Shown here: piece by piece, positions 57,789 through 64,000 of the stretch
Position numbering within the stretch: the stretch's first letter is position 1
How the letters are laid out: each line of letters begins with the position of its first letter
Source of the DNA: an uncultured Bacillota bacterium
GTDB taxonomy: Bacteria; Sysuimicrobiota; Sysuimicrobiia; Sysuimicrobiales; Segetimicrobiaceae
Assembly: GCA_963804645.1 (NCBI GenBank)
Contig: CAWDRG010000005.1
Coordinates: forward strand, 256,001 to 320,000
Direction of reading: 5' to 3'
DNA length: 64,000 bases
The notes under the pieces: model-generated
Databases searched by the model: none
Seen by the model: only the letters and a program-made list of their open reading frames with translations
What the model was told of the DNA's origin: nothing
Program-made: the position numbers and the translations under genes

Positions 57789-59173
57789 AGGGCGCGCCTC
57801 TGGAAGTAGATCGTTCCGCCCGCGAACAGCAGGACGAGCGGCAGCACGATCACGCTCCCGATGAACAGATACCGTCCCTGCGGGCCGGAGATGATGAACG
57901 GGTCGAACGGCGACGTCCGCGGCGCGATGCTGACCAGATCGCCCGATTGGGTCAGCCAGGCGACCGCACTGACGAACAGATCGCGGTTCCCCACGAGGCC
58001 GATCGCCGTGTTCTTGATGAAGCTGCTGTTGCCGAACAGCACCGCGGAGCCCTTCGGAATCGGGGCCGACGCCGGCTTCGGGGCCGGCGGCTTCCCGGGA
58101 GCCGGTGTGGGGGCTGGCGGAGGCGTGCCCGGCGTCACCTCGACCGCGAGCACCGCCGGGCCCTTCACGTCACCCGGCTGGAACCCGGGATCCTTGGATT
58201 CGAGGTTCACCTTCACGTAGCTCTGGTCGGAGCTCTTCACCACCGGCGTCAGGGTCACGGTCGCCGCCTTCGGGTCGGGCACAAGCGGCGTCGCGACCGG
58301 GAACGCCGTGGCGAGGTTGAAGTTCGCCGTAATGTCGTTCGGCGGGTACTGGGCCGCGATCGGCACCGCGAGGTCGCCGCCGAGCAGGCGGGACACCGGG
58401 TCCAGCACGATCCCGCCGGGGGCACTCACGTGGAACGCCGTCGCGAGCCACGCCCGCGTCGCCGCCGGCGTCTGCGGGTCGACCATGATCAGCAGCTTCC
58501 CGCCGCCCCGGTAGTACGCGTCGAGCGCGGCCTCTTCTTGCGGGAGAAGATCCTTCGAAGGCGACGGGAGGATCACCGCGGACGCGTTCGCCGGAATCCG
58601 GCCGGTCTGGACCAGCACCAGCCCCTGCACGTCGTAGCCTTTGTCCGTCAGCGCCTGCTTGGCGGTCCCCATGCCGGTCCGCGTGAAGTCGTCGAGCGCG
58701 ACCTCGCCCTCGCCCTGGATGACGTAGACGGTCTTCTTGGCGGTCTGCAGCACATGGAGCAGGCCGTTCGTCAGGTTCGTCTCACTGTCGTCATCGGCCG
58801 TGTACGAGGCCGACCCGTGCTGGAACACGACCTGCCCGTACGTGGCGATGTGGTACTGCTGCGCCTGGGCGGGGCTGCGGTCGGGATCCACGATGCGGTA
58901 CTGGAAGTCCTTGTTGTAGTACTGGTAGGTCTGCAGCATCTGGATGTACGATGGCGCCGAGTCCGCGCTCGGGAACGCGATCACCTGGACCGGGCCGGGG
59001 AGCGTCTGGAGGACCTTGATCGTCTGGGGTGCGAGCGAGTGCGACCGCGTCGCGGTCAGATCCCAGCGCACGTGGTGCTCCGCCGCCAGATAATTGAGCC
59101 CGACGAGCAGCGCGGCGACCAGCACCGCCGAGACCAGTGCGTTGGTCGTCAACAGGGCGTTGCGGCGCTTCAT
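57785..59173 (-). CDS. GldG-like ABC transporter auxiliary protein
   Basis: RWDLTATRSHSLAPQT, VDPD, GGKLLIMVDP, GNRDLF; N- and C-terminal TM. Confidence 0.82.
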   Translation of the reverse strand: MKRRNALLTTNALVSAVLVAALLVGLNYLAAEHHVRWDLTATRSHSLAPQTIKVLQTLPGPVQVIAFPSADSAPSYIQMLQTYQYYNKDFQYRIVDPDRSPAQAQQYHIATYGQVVFQHGSASYTADDDSETNLTNGLLHVLQTAKKTVYVIQGEGEVALDDFTRTGMGTAKQALTDKGYDVQGLVLVQTGRIPANASAVILPSPSKDLLPQEEAALDAYYRGGGKLLIMVDPQTPAATRAWLATAFHVSAPGGIVLDPVSRLLGGDLAVPIAAQYPPNDITANFNLATAFPVATPLVPDPKAATVTLTPVVKSSDQSYVKVNLESKDPGFQPGDVKGPAVLAVEVTPGTPPPAPTPAPGKPPAPKPASAPIPKGSAVLFGNSSFIKNTAIGLVGNRDLFVSAVAWLTQSGDLVSIAPRTSPFDPFIISGPQGRYLFIGSVIVLPLVLLFAGGTIYFQRRAL

Positions 59174-59177
59174 CCCG

Positions 59178-59939
59178 CTACCTCCACTTTCGCGACTCGA
59201 GCGCGAGCACGCCGAGGAACACGAAGAACGCGGCGATACTCAGGAAGAAGACGATGTCCTGGGTGTCCACGACCCCGCTCGCCAGATTGCTGAAGTGGGT
59301 CGAGAACGACAGCGACGACAGCAGCTGCTGCGCGCCCGACCCCGACGCCTGCTGGGCGAACCCCAGCACCCAGAACAGCAGCAGCAGCGCGAACCCGATC
59401 GCCGCCGAGACGATCTGGTTCTCGTTGAGGGTGGAGGCGAACAGCCCGATCGCGATGAACGCGCAGCCGAGCAGCAGCAGGCCGATGTACGTCGCGGCCA
59501 GCAGCCCCCAGTCGAGCCGCCCCATCGTCGCGAGCGCCAGCGGCATGTAGGTGCTGATCGCCAGCAGCACGATGAACAGCACCAGCCCCGCGAGGTACTT
59601 ACCCAAGATGATCGCGGTGCTGGTCACGGGGGACGTCAGGAGGAGCTCCATCGTGTGCGCCCGGTCCTCCTCGGACACGAGGCGCATCGTAAAGATCGGC
59701 ACGAGCAGGATCAGCACAAAGCTCGCATCCTGGAACAAGGGCGAGAAGATGATCCGCGTCGGGTCAAAGTCCGCCGGCGGCGGCCCCTGCAGCTGCAGCA
59801 CCTGCCCGGTGTAAACGCCGATCAGGGCATAGAACAAGAACCCGACGACCAAGAAGAACATCGCGAGCGCCACGTAGGCGATCGGCGACGTAAACAGCTG
59901 CTTCAGCTCCTTGCGGGCGATCACCAACGTGCCGCTCAT
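59178..59939 (-). CDS. ABC-2 type permease (GldF-like)
   Basis: IARKELKQLFTSPIAYV, TMRLVSEE, ILGKY, ENQIVS. Confidence 0.88.
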   Translation of the reverse strand: MSGTLVIARKELKQLFTSPIAYVALAMFFLVVGFLFYALIGVYTGQVLQLQGPPPADFDPTRIIFSPLFQDASFVLILLVPIFTMRLVSEEDRAHTMELLLTSPVTSTAIILGKYLAGLVLFIVLLAISTYMPLALATMGRLDWGLLAATYIGLLLLGCAFIAIGLFASTLNENQIVSAAIGFALLLLFWVLGFAQQASGSGAQQLLSSLSFSTHFSNLASGVVDTQDIVFFLSIAAFFVFLGVLALESRKWR

Positions 59940-60907
59940 GCCGGTGCCTCCGCATCCGCCGCCTGCGCGTCGGCCGGCTCCTCGTGCGTCACCAGCTTCA
60001 GGAAGACGTCCTCGAGGCTCATCGCGAGGGGGCGCAGTTCCAAGAGGCCGACGCCGACGTCGACCACGACGCGCCCGATCTCCTCGCGCACGTCCTTCCC
60101 GAGCTCGGCCTCCACGATCAGCTCCCCTTCGCCCGCGGCGGAGACGCGCAGCACCCCGGGGATCTGCGCGAGGCGTGCGGCGAGGTCTCCGCTCGCGCGC
60201 TCCGTCCGGACGAGCGTGCGCTCCGAACTCCGGAGGCGGCCCGCGAGCTCCGCGTACGTGTCGACCGCCACGATCACGCCTTCATTAATAATCACCACGC
60301 GGTCGCAGACCGCGGTGGCCTCGGGCAGAATGTGGGTGCTCAAAATGATGGTGTGGTTGCCCTTGAGGTTCCGAATCACGTTGCGGATCTCCACGATCTG
60401 ACGGGGATCCATCGCCGACGTCGGCTCGTCGAGAATCAGCACCGCGGGATCGTGCACGATCGCCTGCGCCAGCCCCACCCGCTGCCGGTAGCCGCGGGAC
60501 AGGTTGCGAATCAGCCGGTCGGCGACGTCGTCGACCGCGCAGAGCTGTGTGGCCCGGTCCACCGCGTCCCCGACTTTCCGGCGCTCGACCCCTTTCAGCC
60601 GGGCGACAAATCCCAAATACTCCCGGACCGTGAAATCATCGTACAGCGGAGCGGTCTCGGGCAGGTAGCCGAGGTGGCGCTTCGCCTCGAGCGGCTTCTC
60701 GACCATGTCGAACCCCGCCACGGTCGCCCGCCCCGACGTCGGCGCGAGGAACCCCGTGAGGATGCGCATCGTGGTCGTCTTCCCCGCCCCGTTCGGTCCG
60801 AGAAATCCCAGAATTTCGCCTTCGCGCGCCTCGAACGAGACGTCGCGAATGGCCCAGCGCTCTCCGTAGTTGCGGGAGAGCGAATCGGCCTGAATCACCC
60901 ACACCAC
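59936..60907 (-). CDS. ABC transporter ATP-binding protein (GldA-like)
   Basis: Walker A GPNGAGKTT; LSRGYRQR; ILDEPT; STH. Confidence 0.95.
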   Translation of the reverse strand: MVWVIQADSLSRNYGERWAIRDVSFEAREGEILGFLGPNGAGKTTTMRILTGFLAPTSGRATVAGFDMVEKPLEAKRHLGYLPETAPLYDDFTVREYLGFVARLKGVERRKVGDAVDRATQLCAVDDVADRLIRNLSRGYRQRVGLAQAIVHDPAVLILDEPTSAMDPRQIVEIRNVIRNLKGNHTIILSTHILPEATAVCDRVVIINEGVIVAVDTYAELAGRLRSSERTLVRTERASGDLAARLAQIPGVLRVSAAGEGELIVEAELGKDVREEIGRVVVDVGVGLLELRPLAMSLEDVFLKLVTHEEPADAQAADAEAPA

Positions 60908-60997
60908 TCCCTTCCACGCAGACAGCCTCTATCGTACTTGGGTGCGCGATCGGATGCAAGCGCAGGGAGGCCGTTCGCCTGCCCCGAACGTGTTGCC

Positions 60998-62599
60998 ATG
61001 CACACTCGGCTCACCGGACTGATCGCCGCGTCGCTCCTCCTCGCCCTGGTCCTGCCCGCGTCCGCCGTCGTCCCAACGCGTCACGGTCCGCCGCATCTCG
61101 CCCTCTGGATGGAGCCCGGAGCCAACCTGCTGCAGTTGAGCACCCCCGACGGCGTCGCCGCCGCGCTCGACCGCGCGCGCGCCGCGGGGGTCGACGTCGT
61201 CATGCCCGAGGCGAAAAACGCGTGGGGATACGTCACGTACCGCAGCGGGTTCGCCCCGACGATCGCCGACTCGCCGCTCCCGCACGAGGGCCCCGGCGCC
61301 ACCTACCCGCCCCCGACGGGCTGGTATCCGCGCACCTACGACATGCTCGCGACGATCATTGCGGACGCCCACGCCCGCGGCATGCGCGTCGATGCCGCCG
61401 TCAACAGCTTCGGCGAGGGCTACTCGCCCCTGCGCGCCGGCCCCGCGTTCACCCATCCCGATTGGCAGGCGATCGCGTATCTCGCCACCCGGCGCGTGCT
61501 CGCCCCCAACGGACGATCCTACGCGCTGTCGGGCGTGAATGTTCCCCGCGATGACAACGCGCTCGTCCTGTACACGTCGCCGGCGGGCGGGCCGACGCCC
61601 GCGTCCCGCTGGGGCGTCGACGTCGCGGTCGAGCACGACGCGGTGACCGCGGTGCGCGATCGCGCCGCGGGACCGGCCGACCCGGGGCCCCTCACGATTC
61701 CCGCCGACGGCTACGTGCTCTCGGGGCACGGGAACGCCGCCGAATGGCTGCGGGAGGCGCTCTCGCCCGGCGCCGCGGTCTCACTCGGCCCGGTCGAGAC
61801 GTACATGGCCCCCTCGTCCTCCCACAGCATCTTCGCGTTTGTCAGCCCGGCGAACCCCCTCGTCTGGAACTACGAGCTCGGCGTGATCTACGAATTGATC
61901 ACGCGCTACGACGTGGACGGCATCATCTTGGATCGGACGCGGTACGAGGACGTGACCCAGGACTTCTCCCCGCTCAGCCGGGTCGGGTTCGAACAGTTCA
62001 TCGGCCATCCCGTCGCCCATTGGCCGGAGGACATCTACACGTACGCGCCGGACGGGTATTGGGTGTCCCGCCGGCCGGGCCCCCTGTACCGGGAGTGGCT
62101 GGGATACCGGGCGCACACGATCATGACGTACACGCGGGCGGTCACCCGGCTCGTCCGCACGATCCGCCCGAACATCGACGTCGCGATGTACGTCGGCGCC
62201 TGGTACTCGGTCTACTATGATGAAGGATCCAACTGGGGCAGCCCGGGGGTGCGGGCCCCGTACGCCTGGATCGGAGACGACTGGGTGCGGGCGGGCCTGG
62301 CCCCGCTCCTTGACTATCTCATGATCGGACTCTACTACCGCCCCGTGACCATCAGCGAGGCGCGCCGGCAGCACGACCACGCCGACGTCAGCGTCGAGGG
62401 TGCCGCCCGGCTGGGACTGTCCGTGGTCAACGGAGCCACGCCCGTCGTCGGATCGCTGCTGACGAGTCTCTACGCGAACGATCCGCAGCGGCTCACCGCC
62501 GCGATCCGCATGTCCGATCGTTTGACGAGCGGGACGATGCTCTTCGATCTCGTCTACATGAACGCCGATCAGTTCTGGGGCGACGTGCCCGCGCGGTGA
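60998..62599 (+). CDS. Secreted glycoside hydrolase, GH10-like (GHL10/DUF187 type), with an inserted domain
   Basis: Signal peptide; AHARGMRVDA, FVSPANP, RYDVDGIILDRTRY. Confidence 0.72.
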   Translation: MHTRLTGLIAASLLLALVLPASAVVPTRHGPPHLALWMEPGANLLQLSTPDGVAAALDRARAAGVDVVMPEAKNAWGYVTYRSGFAPTIADSPLPHEGPGATYPPPTGWYPRTYDMLATIIADAHARGMRVDAAVNSFGEGYSPLRAGPAFTHPDWQAIAYLATRRVLAPNGRSYALSGVNVPRDDNALVLYTSPAGGPTPASRWGVDVAVEHDAVTAVRDRAAGPADPGPLTIPADGYVLSGHGNAAEWLREALSPGAAVSLGPVETYMAPSSSHSIFAFVSPANPLVWNYELGVIYELITRYDVDGIILDRTRYEDVTQDFSPLSRVGFEQFIGHPVAHWPEDIYTYAPDGYWVSRRPGPLYREWLGYRAHTIMTYTRAVTRLVRTIRPNIDVAMYVGAWYSVYYDEGSNWGSPGVRAPYAWIGDDWVRAGLAPLLDYLMIGLYYRPVTISEARRQHDHADVSVEGAARLGLSVVNGATPVVGSLLTSLYANDPQRLTAAIRMSDRLTSGTMLFDLVYMNADQFWGDVPAR

Positions 62600-62672
62600 C
62601 TCCCCGGCCGCTGCCGGGCGGGACCCCGCGCGACGCCGGGTCCGCCCACGACGCGCACCCTCGCGAAATACG

Positions 62673-62708
62673 GTGGGGACCCCGCCCGAACTGAGGCGAG
62701 GTCCCCAC
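62673..62708. terminator. Strong hairpin, probable terminator between convergent units
   Basis: GTGGGGACCCCGCC-N8-GGCGAGGTCCCCAC. Confidence 0.65.
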
Positions 62709-62849
62709 GTTGCCCGATCTCTATCCCTACGTAACACGCGGCGCGTCTGGGACCTGCGAGCGCAAGACCGCGCCGTGAACGAAATCCTCCCGCCGCACCG
62801 TCGTCGGCCAGCTACGCCACGATCGACGGGGACCGGAACTGCGGAAGAC

Positions 62850-62933
62850 CTATCCGGCCATCACCTCGAATCGCGGATACTGGCGGCAGGTCGGACGATA
62901 CGGCGTAGAGCGTCTACTATCTTCCATCCGCAT
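62850..62933 (-). CDS. Putative 27-aa small protein MRMEDSRRSTPYRPTCRQYPRFEVMAG
   Basis: [11 protein letters not shown]hine-Dalgarno directly upstream (second in-frame ATG 6 nt later); consensus promoter just upstream. Confidence 0.5.
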   Translation of the reverse strand: MRMEDSRRSTPYRPTCRQYPRFEVMAG

Positions 62934-62956
62934 CACCTCCTTTCGTTACTATGCAC

Positions 62957-62985
62957 ATCATGGCGTGCGTGCGCGCACGTGTCAA
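62957..62985 (-). promoter_or_regulatory. Sigma70-type promoter
   Basis: TTGACA (62985-62980)-17 nt-CATGAT (62962-62957) on the minus strand. Confidence 0.7.
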
Positions 62986-63083
62986 GATCAAACCCGGGGA
63001 CCCGCGGCCGGCGCGGTCCCGCGCCGCGACACAAACGCCGGGACCGCACGGCCCCGGCGCACCCTCCCGAACGACGCTGCGCG

Positions 63084-63497
63084 CTATTTTTTGCCGTTCG
63101 ACCGCCGCTTCGAATGCGTCCGCAGCCACACCGCGATGGTCTCGCGCGTCATGGCGCCCTTCGCGACGCTGACGATGAATTCGACCACGTCCTCGGACGG
63201 CTGAAGGGCGAGCCGAAACCCCGCGTTCTCCAAGAACAGCCGCGTCGTCTCGAGCGCCGTGCGCTTGTTGCCGTCGTGGAACAATTGATCGCGTACCAAA
63301 CGATCTAGATAGAACGATGCCATATCCCAAACCGTGGGCTGGGGCCTGAGCGCGATGCGGGTCTGGACGAAGCTTACCAGCGACTCGAGGCTCGGAGGGT
63401 ACACGACGTTCTGCTCGCCCGCGAGGTACAATCCGCCGGTGGTGCGGATCATCCGCTGGTTGACAGTCTTGAGCTGCTCCGCTGTGAGGTACTTCAC
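63084..63497 (-). CDS. Fic/Doc family (death-on-curing-like) toxin with a variant motif
   Basis: MKYLT start; QLFHDGNKRTA motif; GTGA overlap with the upstream ORF. Confidence 0.85.
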   Translation of the reverse strand: MKYLTAEQLKTVNQRMIRTTGGLYLAGEQNVVYPPSLESLVSFVQTRIALRPQPTVWDMASFYLDRLVRDQLFHDGNKRTALETTRLFLENAGFRLALQPSEDVVEFIVSVAKGAMTRETIAVWLRTHSKRRSNGKK

Positions 63498-63781
63498 CGT
63501 TTCGCCAACGCCTCCCACAGCGTGCGGTAATCGCGGAGACTGCGCTCGAGGCTCGAAAGGAACACGCGTTCGCTCACCACATCGGCCGGCGGCAGGGGCC
63601 TGGCCGGCCGCCGCGCCCGCGTGGCGCGGGACCCGACGACCCGTACGCGCCCGCGCGCGGCCGGACGCTTCGGTGCTTTCGATCGGCTGGTGGACGAGGA
63701 TTTCGAGGTCGCGGCCCGTGGTTTGGCCTTTTTCTTGGTTGTGACCCGCCGTATACCCGCTCTCGCGGATCCACGCCCCAT
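63494..63781 (-). CDS. Putative antitoxin with a Lys/Arg-rich N-terminus
   Basis: GGGAGG RBS; coupled to the toxin; C-terminal DYRTLWEALAKR resembles the tails of Doc-associated antitoxins. Confidence 0.6.
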   Translation of the reverse strand: MGRGSARAGIRRVTTKKKAKPRAATSKSSSTSRSKAPKRPAARGRVRVVGSRATRARRPARPLPPADVVSERVFLSSLERSLRDYRTLWEALAKR

Positions 63782-64000
63782 ATCTCGCCTCCCGTCGATT
63801 TAATCTATCATGGCCCTAGAGGAGACGCAACCCTGGAAGGCGCCGTGACGTGCATTCAGCGAGGAAAATCCCACATTATATGCTCAAATGAATGATCGCT
63901 CATCAATAAATCCATGGAGCACTCGATAGCGTGGCTCAAGAGACGGGTGGATCAGGCGAAGAGCCGGGGACCGAACATCGTACCCGAAATTGTAAGGGCG

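Noticed and set aside
59984..62599. 871-aa ORF as one protein
   Set aside because: The first third is antisense to the ABC ATPase; a signal peptide begins at 60998
62727..62852. Stop-codon readthrough of the 27-aa ORF (frame stays open about 40 more codons)
   Set aside because: An open stretch of this length is unremarkable at this GC content and no recoding signal is evident
62932..62944. 16S rRNA 3'-end fragment (ATCACCTCCTTTC)
   Set aside because: No flanking rRNA similarity; it is the reverse complement of a strong Shine-Dalgarno sequence

Overview
High-GC bacterial chromosomal window with no rRNA, tRNA or CRISPR array seen. All calls come from reading the sequence and the ORF track; no database search was run. 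The left 45 kb is mostly metabolic: three sugar-type (CUT1) ABC clusters (one with a GH31, one with sulfatase/kinase/NanE, one for glycerophosphodiester use), a peptide ABC transporter, a TetR with a divergent FAD oxidoreductase, a radical SAM protein, a peptidase and envelope genes. A ~2.9 kb unit occurs twice as a direct repeat 11.3 kb apart. It consists of a terminator-like hairpin, a Tat-exported DMSO/TMAO-reductase-family molybdoenzyme, and a divergent ~180-nt structured RNA-like element with its own -10 box. Positions 45326-56399 are an 11 kb nested insertion whose boundaries can be reconstructed almost base by base. An IS701 (CTAG duplication) contains: (i) an ISL3 that carries a group II intron; (ii) a 22-bp-IR element (DUF6788-like ORF plus transposase) that is split by a palindrome-bounded 2.5 kb cargo with a PEP-CTERM gene; (iii) a second group II intron inside the IS701 terminal repeat, whose putative EBS1 is complementary to the IS/target junction. 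The right end has a Gld-like ABC/DUF4340 operon, a GH10-like hydrolase, a small-ORF transcription unit and a Doc-like toxin-antitoxin pair with an altered catalytic motif.
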